Assembly: GCA_034101315.1 (NCBI GenBank)
Contig: JAXEJY010000189.1
Location: 1 to 38,242, forward strand
Length of the DNA: 38,242 bases
Source of the DNA: Pyramidobacter sp.
GTDB taxonomy: Bacteria > Synergistota > Synergistia > Synergistales > Dethiosulfovibrionaceae
Reading direction: 5' to 3'
This document shows positions 1 through 8,725 of this stretch, piece after piece; position 1 is the first letter of the stretch; every line of letters begins with the position of its first letter. The translations under genes and the position numbers were made by a program. The notes under the pieces are model-generated. The model did not search any database and was not told where the DNA came from. It saw only the letters and a program-made list of their open reading frames with translations.

Positions 1-2666
1 TTCGCGGCGAGGCGGCGGGGACTTTGGCGCAGGTATGCGTCGAGATGACGCTGTACAATCCCAATTCGCGCGACCTGGAGGGCGAACTGTGCTTTCCTCT
101 GCGCGGCGATCAGACGGTGACGGGCTTTGCGCTGGATTTTGACGGCGAAATGCGCCCGGCTGTTCCCGTGGAGAAACAGAAAGGGCGCCATACGTTCGAG
201 AAGATCGTCCGCAGCAAGAGCGATCCGGCTTTGCTTGAAAAGACGGAGGGCAATAACTTTAGAGTGCGTGTCTATCCCGTCGCGGCGGGAAAAACGCGGC
301 GCGTCAGCGTGACCTACACCGAGACGCTGCGCCGCGCAGTCGGACAGAAGGTCCTCTGGAACATTCCGCTCAATTTCGGTGCCGTTCCGGAATGCTCTGT
401 CGAGCTTCGCCTCGTTGGAGCGCAGAACGCGGACGTCGTCAGGTCTCCGTTTGACAGAACGCGCAGCGGCATGAGCGTCGGCGCGTACACCGTGTCTGCT
501 TCCGGCGCCCTCTTCGCGCAGGGATGCGAGCTGGAACTGGCTTTTGACGTACATGCCGCGGACTGCGTTCTGGGACGCCGCGACGGTCAGACCTACTTCT
601 ACGCCGAAATTCCCTGTGTTTCGAAATCAGCGCAGACGCCGCGAAAAGTAACAGTGCTGTGGGATGCGTCCATGTCAGCGCTGAAGCGGGACAGGGATGC
701 CGAACTGGCGTTCCTCGACTCTCTGCTTGGCAGACTGAACGACGCTGAAATCACCCTCGTCATCGCGCGGAACGCCGAGGCTCAGACGCGCACATTCGCG
801 CGCGGCGAATGGAAAAAACTGCGCCCCGCCATTGAATCTGAGGTTTGTGACGGCGCGACGGCGCTTGAAAAGTTCAACACGGCGTCAGGCGCTGACATGT
901 ATCTTCTGTTCAGCGACGGAATTGACACGTACAGCGCTGGGGCGATGAAAACGCCTGACGCGCCGCTCTTCTCTGTGATCTCTGCGCCGGGCTGCGACAC
1001 AGACCGGCTGCGCGGGCTGAGCTGGGAAAGCGGCGGAGACTGCGTCAGCCTGACGGGGTGTTCAGCGGACGACGCGGCTGCGCGCGTGCTGACGTTCCAG
1101 CCTGCGCGCGTTGCGGTGCGCGGCGCAGACGGCGTCAGCGTGCGCCGCGATGGCGACTGCCTCGCGGTGTCAGGCAGGCTGAAAGGCGCCGCGCCGGAGA
1201 TTGTCATTTTGGATACAGAAGGGGAGCGCGCTGTGACGCCGGACGTGTCCTCTGCGCCCCAGTCTGACATGGTTCCGCTTATCTGGGCGTCGATGAGAAT
1301 TGAAAGCCTCTCGCGAGAGTACCGTCTGAACGCGGCTGAAATCCGCCGAGTCGGCAAAGCGTTCGGCCTTGCGAGCCGCGAGACATCGCTCATCGTCCTG
1401 GATACCGCTGAAGATTATGTCCGCTACGACATAGAGCCGCCGGCATCGCTGAAAAAAGACGCGGACGCCCTGAGGGCGAAAATGCCCAGCCGCGCGCAGA
1501 CGGAGAAAAATAAGCTCCAGCGCGTGGCGCAGGAGTGGAAAGAGTATCAGACGTGGTGGAACAGAGATTTCCCCAAGGGAAAATATACGCCCCCGAAAAA
1601 TCAGCCGCCTCATTCGCCTCAGCCGAGGCTCTTCGCAGGACTGAGACGGATGCACGGGGGGCTTGAAGCAATTGAGGATTCTTTAAACGCCGTCGAGCCG
1701 ACGGGATCCTCCTCAGAGGTCGCGCCGCAGAAGAGCGAGGGCGCGCCCGTCCCTCGCGCCGCTGCTGTGATTCGGCTTCAGCCGTGGCGTCCTGACACGC
1801 CGTACCGCGCCCGCATGACGAGCGCCAAGACGGAAGACCTGTACAGAATCTATCTCGACGAGCGCCCAGACTTCATGACGAGCGCCGCGTTCTTTTTGGA
1901 CGTGTCCGACATTCTGGCGCAGAGAGGGCTGAGCGATTTGGCGCTTCGCGTCCTGTCAAATCTTGCCGAGATGAAGCTCGACAGTCCTCAGATCCTGCGC
2001 CTTTTGGGACGGCGCCTTATGCAGACGGACTGCGCCGGGCAGGCGGTAACCGTTTTTAGGCGCGTTTTGGAAATTGAGCGCGGCGAGCCGCAGTCGTTCC
2101 GCGACTTGGGGCTCGCGCTGGAGCGGGCAGGGAGGGCGCAGGAAGCCGCTGAAATGCTGTACGAGACCGTCCGACTGACGTTTGACCGCGTTTTCCCCGG
2201 CATTGAAGTCATTGCCCTTTCGGAGCTGAACGCCCTTCTGGCGCGCAATCCGTCCGTCAATACGTCTTTTATGGACAGGCAGTTTATCGCGCCGATGCCC
2301 CTTGACCTGCGCGTTGTCCTTTCGTGGGACACCGACAACACGGACATTGACCTGCACGTCATCGATCCCAACGGCGAAGAGGCGTTTTACGCGCACCCGC
2401 TCACGTATCAGGGCGGCCGCGTCTCGCCCGACAACACGCAGGGCTACGGGCCTGAAGACTATTCCCTGAAAAAGGCAAAACCGGGCGTCTACCGCGTCGA
2501 AGTCAATTTCTACGGGCATTCGCAGCAGATCATCAGCGAGTCAACAGCCATTCAGCTCGACTTCTTCACCGACTGGGGAAGAGAGAATCAGAAGCGGCAG
2601 TCTGTCACGATGCGGCTGAAAGAGAAAAAAGAGAGAATTTTTGTCGGCGAGTTTGAAGTGAAATAG
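1..2666 (+). CDS. VIT-domain protein with vWA-like, TPR-like and C-terminal DUF2135/YfaP domains; 5'-partial
   Basis: VIT-like N-terminus (LYNPNSRDLEGELCFPL...GFALDFDGEMRPAVPVEK...LLEKTEGNNFRVRVYP), MIDAS-like VLWDASMS, helical TPR-like stretch, and C-terminal LRVVLSWDTDNTDIDLHVIDP...GYGPE. The frame has no stop upstream of the TTG at 24, so the true start probably lies outside the window. Confidence 0.8.
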   Translation, partial: RGEAAGTLAQVCVEMTLYNPNSRDLEGELCFPLRGDQTVTGFALDFDGEMRPAVPVEKQKGRHTFEKIVRSKSDPALLEKTEGNNFRVRVYPVAAGKTRRVSVTYTETLRRAVGQKVLWNIPLNFGAVPECSVELRLVGAQNADVVRSPFDRTRSGMSVGAYTVSASGALFAQGCELELAFDVHAADCVLGRRDGQTYFYAEIPCVSKSAQTPRKVTVLWDASMSALKRDRDAELAFLDSLLGRLNDAEITLVIARNAEAQTRTFARGEWKKLRPAIESEVCDGATALEKFNTASGADMYLLFSDGIDTYSAGAMKTPDAPLFSVISAPGCDTDRLRGLSWESGGDCVSLTGCSADDAAARVLTFQPARVAVRGADGVSVRRDGDCLAVSGRLKGAAPEIVILDTEGERAVTPDVSSAPQSDMVPLIWASMRIESLSREYRLNAAEIRRVGKAFGLASRETSLIVLDTAEDYVRYDIEPPASLKKDADALRAKMPSRAQTEKNKLQRVAQEWKEYQTWWNRDFPKGKYTPPKNQPPHSPQPRLFAGLRRMHGGLEAIEDSLNAVEPTGSSSEVAPQKSEGAPVPRAAAVIRLQPWRPDTPYRARMTSAKTEDLYRIYLDERPDFMTSAAFFLDVSDILAQRGLSDLALRVLSNLAEMKLDSPQILRLLGRRLMQTDCAGQAVTVFRRVLEIERGEPQSFRDLGLALERAGRAQEAAEMLYETVRLTFDRVFPGIEVIALSELNALLARNPSVNTSFMDRQFIAPMPLDLRVVLSWDTDNTDIDLHVIDPNGEEAFYAHPLTYQGGRVSPDNTQGYGPEDYSLKKAKPGVYRVEVNFYGHSQQIISESTAIQLDFFTDWGRENQKRQSVTMRLKEKKERIFVGEFEVK

Positions 2667-2681
2667 CGCCGGCGCAAAAGC

Positions 2682-2723
2682 AAAGCGGAGAGAAAACAGG
2701 ATTCTGTTTTCTCTCCGCTTTTT
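2682..2723. terminator. Bidirectional intrinsic terminator
   Basis: aaagcggagagaaaacag / ctgttttctctccgcttt perfect inverted repeat between convergent genes, with A and T tails. Confidence 0.85.
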
Positions 2724-2743
2724 ATAAGCTGCGCTGATTTGTC

Positions 2744-4216
2744 CTAAGCGTTCGCCTGTGCGTCGCTGAGCGAGAAGCTCTTTCCGCTGTACTCCTTCAC
2801 CTGAGCCATTGCCGGCTTAGGAGCGCTGAGGCAGGCGTTGCCGCCGATGCAGCCGCCCTCGCACGACATAATTTCGATGAGGTTGCCCAGCTCGCATTTG
2901 CCCGTCTTTGCCCAGCGTTTCAGGTCGCGGATGCTCGCCTTCGTCAGACCGTTGACGGTCGTCGGCTTGACAGCGCCCTCTTCTCCGCGCCAGGCAGCGA
3001 CGACAGACGCAGCAACTCCGCCTGTCAGCGGGAAGTTGCGTCCTTCCTTGGAGCTTGAGACTTCGTACTCCTCGCCTTCGCACGACGCGACGTCGACTCC
3101 CAGAGCGATGAACGTCGCGCCGAGCTCTTCAAAGCTCAGCACGTAGTCGACATTGGGATTGCCGAGCGCTTCGCGGCGCTTGGCAAAGCACGGGCTGAGG
3201 AACACGGTGACGGCTTCAGGGTGCTCGCGCTTTGCGATTTCCGCCGTGTAGTACATGGGCGTCTTCGTGTCGGATACGAACGGCTTGATTTCAGGCAGGT
3301 GCTTGGCGACAAGCTCGTTGTACGCGGCGCAGCACGACGTCGTCATGAACGCGTCGCCGCGCTCAAGACGTTCCTGAAGGTCATGTGCTTCTGTGCGGGC
3401 AGTGATGTCCGCGCCCTGAGCCACTTCGTACACGTATTTGAAGCCGATTTTTTTCAGCGCGGTGTGAAGCTGTTCAGCGGTGCAGGGCAGCTGACCGACG
3501 ATTGCGGGAGCGATCATGGCGACCGTCTCGCGTCCTTCTCGAATGCGCGACAGGACGTCGATGAGCTGGCTGCGGGCGTTGACAGCGCCGAAAGGACAGG
3601 CGGAGACGCACTTGCCGCACGAAATGCACTTGTCGGGGTTAATTCGCGCCATGCCGCTTTCGTCCTTGCTGATGGCGTCAACAGGGCAGGCGTTTTCGCA
3701 CGGAACGACTGTTTTGACGATGGCGCCGTAGGGGCAGGCGTTGATGCACATGCCGCATTTTTTGCATTTTACGGGATCGACGAATGAGCGTCCGCCCTCG
3801 TGTATGATCGCGCCGAATTTGCACGCGCTCATGCAGGGACGGGCAACGCAGTTCTGGCACAGCTCTGTGACGTACACGCGGCTGGGAGCGCAGCCCTGGC
3901 ACGCGCTTTCCACGACGGTCAGAGGCGCTTTCGGAGCGGGACGCGGAGCAACAGCCTGACGTGCGTACTCATTCATCAGCGTGCATTCGTCGTCGTCCTC
4001 AAGGGAAATGCCAAGCCCTGCAAGCGTGCGCGCTTTCAGAATGGCGCGCTCTTTGTAGACGCAGCAGCGATAAGGCACTTCGCACCCTTTGGGGCGCATG
4101 TCATAGGGAATCCGCCGCGCGCTTTCTCCGAAGTCCTCAGAGTAGAACGCTTTGATTAGGCGAACGAGTATCTCCCTTTTAATTCGCTTTGTATCTGTTT
4201 CCTGCGGTGTGATCAT
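2744..4216 (-). CDS. Monomeric [FeFe]-hydrogenase (group B-like, HfsD-like) with N-terminal 4Fe-4S ferredoxin repeats
   Basis: H-cluster motifs TTSCCAAY, SPCFAKRRE and EIMSCEGGCIGG; CxxCxxCxxxCP motifs (CKKCGMCINACP, CISCGKCVSACP). Confidence 0.88.
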   Translation of the reverse strand: MITPQETDTKRIKREILVRLIKAFYSEDFGESARRIPYDMRPKGCEVPYRCCVYKERAILKARTLAGLGISLEDDDECTLMNEYARQAVAPRPAPKAPLTVVESACQGCAPSRVYVTELCQNCVARPCMSACKFGAIIHEGGRSFVDPVKCKKCGMCINACPYGAIVKTVVPCENACPVDAISKDESGMARINPDKCISCGKCVSACPFGAVNARSQLIDVLSRIREGRETVAMIAPAIVGQLPCTAEQLHTALKKIGFKYVYEVAQGADITARTEAHDLQERLERGDAFMTTSCCAAYNELVAKHLPEIKPFVSDTKTPMYYTAEIAKREHPEAVTVFLSPCFAKRREALGNPNVDYVLSFEELGATFIALGVDVASCEGEEYEVSSSKEGRNFPLTGGVAASVVAAWRGEEGAVKPTTVNGLTKASIRDLKRWAKTGKCELGNLIEIMSCEGGCIGGNACLSAPKPAMAQVKEYSGKSFSLSDAQANA

Positions 4217-4230
4217 GGAAAATTCCTTTC

Positions 4231-4491
4231 TTACTGTGCGGCAAGCTTCTTCTCTACGGCTTCAATGACTTTTTCCTGCGTTGCAGAGCCGATCAGCTCG
4301 TCGTCGACCATGACAAAAGGCGCTTGGGAAAACGAATCGGCGTTGGAGCACACCTCAAAGCATCTCTCGCCTGACACGTTCACTTTGTCGCCGTATCGTT
4401 CGTTGAGAACGTCGACGAGGCTCTGGAGCTGGCCGCCGCCCATGACAAAACACGTTGTTCCAAGACAGATTCTTACGTTTACTGCGCTCAT
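4231..4491 (-). CDS. Thioredoxin-like [2Fe-2S] ferredoxin (NuoE C-terminal-like)
   Basis: ICLGTTCFVMG ... CFEVC ... APFVMVD. Confidence 0.85.
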   Translation of the reverse strand: MSAVNVRICLGTTCFVMGGGQLQSLVDVLNERYGDKVNVSGERCFEVCSNADSFSQAPFVMVDDELIGSATQEKVIEAVEKKLAAQ

Positions 4492-4508
4492 TTCAATCTT
4501 CCCCCTGT

Positions 4509-5666
4509 TTAAATATGCTGTATGACAACCCTTTTCAGGTATTTTTTCTCAAGGACTGAAGCGATTTTGTGGACGACGTCTTTGCGCAGCTCCATTTCAA
4601 TCGGCAGAGACGGATCGTAGTGCGCCTGATTCAGCTTTGCTCCCAGCATGAACTCGATGACGTCTGAGTCCATGAAGAACTGAACCAGCTGACCGGCGGC
4701 GTCCTGACAGTTCAGCACGCCGCGCTCAAGGTACTCAAGCGTGCGCGTCAGCGTCAGAATTCCCTCGGTGATCAGGTCGACGCCCTCCATGTACGACAGA
4801 GGCGGAAGGTCGCCGCCTGTGAAGCATATCGGTGTCGTGATGGGGCGCTTCAGCTCGCGCGAGATGATGTTTGACGTCGTGCCGCCGCAGATCGCTTTGC
4901 GCCCGTCAAACTGACTGAACGCGAGAGCGTATTCGCCGTCTCTGTTCTGATTGTACGGGCCGCCCGTGAAGACGACGGACTTTCGCGGCTTTCTGAAATA
5001 GAGAACGCACGCTGAAATGTCGTCTCCCGCCTGACCGTTGCCCTCCGCTTCAAGCGCTTTGGCGATGATCTGCGACGCCAGAGTGCTGCTGGCGATTTCC
5101 GGCGACTGCTCCACGGCGGCGCACACAAACTTCTGCAGTCCCGAACGCCGAAGTCCCAGACGGTACTCCGGACGCCCCAGCCCCGCCTGCGTCACGCCGT
5201 CAGAGCAGAACACAAGCCTGTCGCCCAGAAGAGCTTTAAATCGGTAGACTTTCATCTTTCTGTTCGGAAACGACGACGACACGATCGTCTGACATTCCGC
5301 TTTCATGGGAGTTGAGCCGCGAAGCCAGATGAAATCAGGGTTTCCTTCCTCGACGATCTTGACGTTGCCCTCGTCGTCGCAGTCGACGGCGGAAAACGTC
5401 GCGTAGCTGATTTTGCGCACCTGACAGACGGGCAGCGAGTTCATGATGGTCGTTGCCGCCTTTTTGATGGGCATGTCCTCCTCGATGAACCGCAGGAGCA
5501 TGGTCGACGTCATCAGCGCCAGAATGTTCGCCTTGATTCCGCTGCCCAAACCGTCGGAAAGAACGGCAATGAGGCGTCCGCCCGGCTGACGCGAGCTCAA
5601 AAAGGCGTCGCCCGTCGCGTTTTGTCCGAACTTTCTCTGCTGCTCGCAGTGAATATCGATGAACAT
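4509..5666 (-). CDS. SpoIIE/PP2C-family Ser/Thr protein phosphatase (HfsC-like)
   Basis: TGDAF, AVLSDGLGSG, FCSDGV and GDDIS metal-binding motifs; C-terminal ICGGTT domain typical of hydrogenase-associated phosphatases. Confidence 0.88.
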   Translation of the reverse strand: MFIDIHCEQQRKFGQNATGDAFLSSRQPGGRLIAVLSDGLGSGIKANILALMTSTMLLRFIEEDMPIKKAATTIMNSLPVCQVRKISYATFSAVDCDDEGNVKIVEEGNPDFIWLRGSTPMKAECQTIVSSSFPNRKMKVYRFKALLGDRLVFCSDGVTQAGLGRPEYRLGLRRSGLQKFVCAAVEQSPEIASSTLASQIIAKALEAEGNGQAGDDISACVLYFRKPRKSVVFTGGPYNQNRDGEYALAFSQFDGRKAICGGTTSNIISRELKRPITTPICFTGGDLPPLSYMEGVDLITEGILTLTRTLEYLERGVLNCQDAAGQLVQFFMDSDVIEFMLGAKLNQAHYDPSLPIEMELRKDVVHKIASVLEKKYLKRVVIQHI

Positions 5667-5670
5667 GACG

Positions 5671-7380
5671 TCAGACCTTCAGTTCGTCGTCAGAATCATC
5701 GGCAATCGAGCTGAGAATCGATTCCGTCTCAACCATGTGCTCTCCCAGCAGGCAGGCAATTTCCTGAACGATGGAGATGTTGCGCGCGATGACTTCGTTT
5801 GCCTTCTTGGCGACTTTTTCGCGGTTGCTCTGGCTCTGTGTGATATCAGTGATGATCGCGCCGATGCTCTCTGCCGGCTCAAGCGGGAAAATGCGGACTT
5901 CGTAGTATTTTCCTTCGTAGGGATAGCGCTCTTTGACCAGTTCTTTGCCCGTCTTAAAAACCGTCCTGAACAGGTCCGTCCAGTCGAGAACCGACGCGAC
6001 AGGCTGACCGATGATCTTCTCGCGGCAGCGCATAAGTCTGTCCTTGCAGTGGATAAAATCTCTGACAAATGCGTCGTTCGCCTCGATGATGTTGTACTCC
6101 TTGTCGATCATGACCATGGCTGAAGGCATACCTGTCAGCATTGCCGCCGCCTTTTTCGTCGCCAGCTGGCGCATGTATGACGCGCACATGGACGGTTCAG
6201 CGTCGCCGTCGAGCAGAGCCGCTGCCATCTGACGGCATGTTCTGTATCCGCAGCCGGCGCAGTTTAGCTCGTCGCGCGGCTCATACTTGCCGATTTTGTG
6301 AAGCGCTGAGTTGATCTCCTCAAGCGTGTACGTTTTGCGGCTGACGGGCGTCGCTTCGTAGTCTATCGGCACGCGCGTGTCGGGCTGAACGGGGATGTTC
6401 TCCCGCTCCGGCGCTTCTTCCATGACTTTGGAGACGATGGAGAAGCTGCTGCGCCGCGTCGAGATGCACGGACCGGCGACACAGCCGCCGATACACGCCA
6501 GAGCTTCGACGAACACAGGCTGTTTCAGCTCGTCCAGGCTGAACTCTTCAAGCGCTCTGCGGAACAGATTGAGCGAGCAGATGTTGATGAGCTGAACTTC
6601 TTTTTTGACGCCGACGCGGCGGATTGTCTCGTTCATGCCGCCGTCAAGAGGGTAGAGCGCCCCTTCATACGCGTGTTCCGGCACGAAACAGGCGTTTGGA
6701 TCTTCCTCTTCCTCGTCGAGCGTGATGTTTTCGTCCCTCAGCCACACGCGCAGCTCGTCAAACGTCAGCGCCGCGTCGATGAGATCGGGGTGGCGGTCAG
6801 ATTCATTTTTCTTGCCGACGCACGGCCCGATAAACACGACGCTGATGTCGTCTCCGTACGTGTCTTTCAGAAGACGCGCGTGCGTGAGCGCCGGCGACGC
6901 GAGCGGAATGATGTTCTTGACGAATTCAGGGCGGTAGAGGCGGACATAGTCGACAATGACGGGGCAGGCGCTGGAGATGAACAGTCCTGATGAGGCGTCG
7001 TTGAGAATCTGCGCCGACGCGATGGACACCTGCTGCGCGCCCAAAGCCGTTTCGCTGACGGCGTAAAAGCCCAGCTTCTTCAGCAGCGAAATCATGCGCG
7101 TCTGCGAGTATTCAAACGGACCGCGCCAGCTTGGAGCCAGAGAGACGATGACTTTTTTGTCCTGAAGGAAGAGCTTTTTCACCTTTTCAACGTCGCTGCG
7201 CACCTGCTTTGCCTGGCTGGGACACGACAGAACGCACGCGGCGCACGCAATGCAGCGCGACGGAATGACCTGCGCCATGCCGTCGCGAATGCGAATTGCC
7301 TTGACAGGACAGCGGCGCACGCACCGGTAGCAGTCCTGACATTCATTGTTGAGCGTGTAGACGGGATACATCTTTTCCAT
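5671..7380 (-). CDS. Putative sensory [FeFe]-hydrogenase (group C, HydS/HfsB-like) with FeS and PAS domains
   Basis: N-terminal 2x[4Fe-4S] (CQDCYRCVRRCP, CIACAACVLSCP); H-cluster motifs SSACP, GPCVGKKNE and EALACIGGC; NCAGCGYRTC FeS motif; PAS-like region (MPSAMVMIDKEYNIIEANDAF). Confidence 0.88.
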   Translation of the reverse strand: MEKMYPVYTLNNECQDCYRCVRRCPVKAIRIRDGMAQVIPSRCIACAACVLSCPSQAKQVRSDVEKVKKLFLQDKKVIVSLAPSWRGPFEYSQTRMISLLKKLGFYAVSETALGAQQVSIASAQILNDASSGLFISSACPVIVDYVRLYRPEFVKNIIPLASPALTHARLLKDTYGDDISVVFIGPCVGKKNESDRHPDLIDAALTFDELRVWLRDENITLDEEEEDPNACFVPEHAYEGALYPLDGGMNETIRRVGVKKEVQLINICSLNLFRRALEEFSLDELKQPVFVEALACIGGCVAGPCISTRRSSFSIVSKVMEEAPERENIPVQPDTRVPIDYEATPVSRKTYTLEEINSALHKIGKYEPRDELNCAGCGYRTCRQMAAALLDGDAEPSMCASYMRQLATKKAAAMLTGMPSAMVMIDKEYNIIEANDAFVRDFIHCKDRLMRCREKIIGQPVASVLDWTDLFRTVFKTGKELVKERYPYEGKYYEVRIFPLEPAESIGAIITDITQSQSNREKVAKKANEVIARNISIVQEIACLLGEHMVETESILSSIADDSDDELKV

Positions 7381-7384
7381 GAGT

Positions 7385-7630
7385 CTATGCCTCTGGCTTA
7401 ATCGTCTGGAGAACGGAGAGCAGCTTTTCTCGGGTCATTCCGTGGTAGAGAACGCCGTCAATGTAGATGTTCGGGCCTTCGTCGCAGGCGTTGATGCAGC
7501 GGCAGCCGGAAAGCTCAATCACGGCGTCGAGATCGTTTGTTTCGACGTATTCCTCGATAAATTCAAGGAGTTCATTGTTTCCGCGGGCAAAACAGGAACT
7601 TCCCATGCAGAGTTTTATTTCAGTCGTCAT
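7385..7630 (-). CDS. Thioredoxin-like [2Fe-2S] ferredoxin (HfsA-like)
   Basis: LCMGSSCFARG ... GCRCINACDEGPNIYIDG. Confidence 0.88.
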   Translation of the reverse strand: MTTEIKLCMGSSCFARGNNELLEFIEEYVETNDLDAVIELSGCRCINACDEGPNIYIDGVLYHGMTREKLLSVLQTIKPEA

Positions 7631-7707
7631 TTTTATTCCCCCACAGATGAAGAGACAGCTCAGCGCGAAAGCCTCGCTGTCATTGGATCGGCACAGAGTT
7701 TTTTTTC

Positions 7708-7736
7708 AGACTATAGCAAGCGGCGCGTCCTGTCAA
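7708..7736 (-). promoter_or_regulatory. Probable sigma70 promoter of the hydrogenase operon
   Basis: Minus strand reads TTGACA-ggacgcgccgcttgcta-TAGTCT (17-nt spacer), overlapping TGc-TATAGT. Confidence 0.55.
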
Positions 7737-8094
7737 GAATTGCGAGTTAAGAATTTTGATTTGAAATAATAAATAAGAGCGGATTCTTCCCGAAACTGAA
7801 CTGTTTTGTGTTCAAGTTCACTTTTTCAAAACGGACGCGCCGCGTTAAAAGGTACAATCAGATGAAAAACATGCGCTCAAATGAGTGCAAAACGGCGATT
7901 TTTCTGTTAAACGACGCTATTTTGCCGTTCAAAGAGGCTTTTCACGCGCCGAAAGTTTGAACATGCTGAAAATGCAGATACGGTGGTTTTCAAATGGAAA
8001 GTTTTATGCTAGAATCTAACATCAAGCAAAACGAGTTTCATCAAAGTCTTTTTTGTGAAAATATTATAAGTGCATGGAAAGGGATTGAGTATTT

Positions 8095-8520
8095 ATGATC
8101 AGCGAAGAAGCACTGGACAGGATGACATCGACAATCGTCGAGTTTTGTGAGCGTCTGTACGGCTGGGAAGGCGCTGTTGCAAAGCTGGGACGCCTTTCGC
8201 CCCCTCAGCTGAGAACAATCTGCGTCATCGGACGCAATGAAGATATACGCATGAAGGACATCGCCGACCGCATGGAGCTGACGACCGGAACGGTCACAGT
8301 CATGATTGACCGCCTTCAGGAAATGGGACTTGTCGAGCGCAGCCGCAACGAAAGCGACCGCCGTTCTTATAAAATCCTTCTGTCTGAAAAGGGCAGAGCC
8401 TGCTATGAAGAGCACCTTAAACGCGAGAAAGAGCTCGTTCGCAAGCTCGCTTTGAAAGTCTCGGAAGCTGACCGCGATACCTGCCAGCGCGTTCTTGAAG
8501 ATTTTATCCACTGCATCTAA
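8095..8520 (+). CDS. MarR-family transcriptional regulator
   Basis: LSPPQLRTI ... MKDIADRMELTTGTVTVMIDRLQEMGLVERSRNESDRRSYKILLSEKG winged-helix signature. Confidence 0.92.
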   Translation: MISEEALDRMTSTIVEFCERLYGWEGAVAKLGRLSPPQLRTICVIGRNEDIRMKDIADRMELTTGTVTVMIDRLQEMGLVERSRNESDRRSYKILLSEKGRACYEEHLKREKELVRKLALKVSEADRDTCQRVLEDFIHCI

Positions 8521-8534
8521 ACTGTTCATGTCCT

Positions 8535-8571
8535 AGCGGACACGGTTTTTCAGCCGTGCCCGCTTTTTTTT
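8535..8571 (+). terminator. Intrinsic terminator
   Basis: gcggacacgg...ccgtgcccgc hairpin followed by a T8 run. Confidence 0.75.
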
Positions 8572-8590
8572 GCGCTCCAAAATGCTTTTG

Positions 8591-8611
8591 TATTCATTCG
8601 GAAAATGAATA
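8591..8611. promoter_or_regulatory. Palindromic regulator site upstream of the PLP-enzyme operon (candidate LysR site)
   Basis: TATTCATT-cggaa-AATGAATA perfect inverted repeat, about 50 nt upstream of a TGa-TAGACT -10-like element (8654-8662). Confidence 0.5.
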
Positions 8612-8725
8612 TTTATTAACGAAACGTTTCATTTGCGGGGAGATGAGCCGGCGTGATAGACTCTACAGAAATTTACGGCTGTTCTGTTTTTTCTGAAAAA
8701 TATTTCACTGTAGACGGAGGCAATC

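Noticed and set aside
7631-7700. Riboswitch in the hydrogenase operon leader
   Set aside because: Only one modest hairpin (gacagc...gctgtc), with no recognisable aptamer or expression platform.
7806-8070. Rex boxes at 7806-7823 and 8053-8070
   Set aside because: Each matches only 10 of 14 positions of TTGTGAA-N4-TTCACAA in AT-rich DNA, which is too weak.
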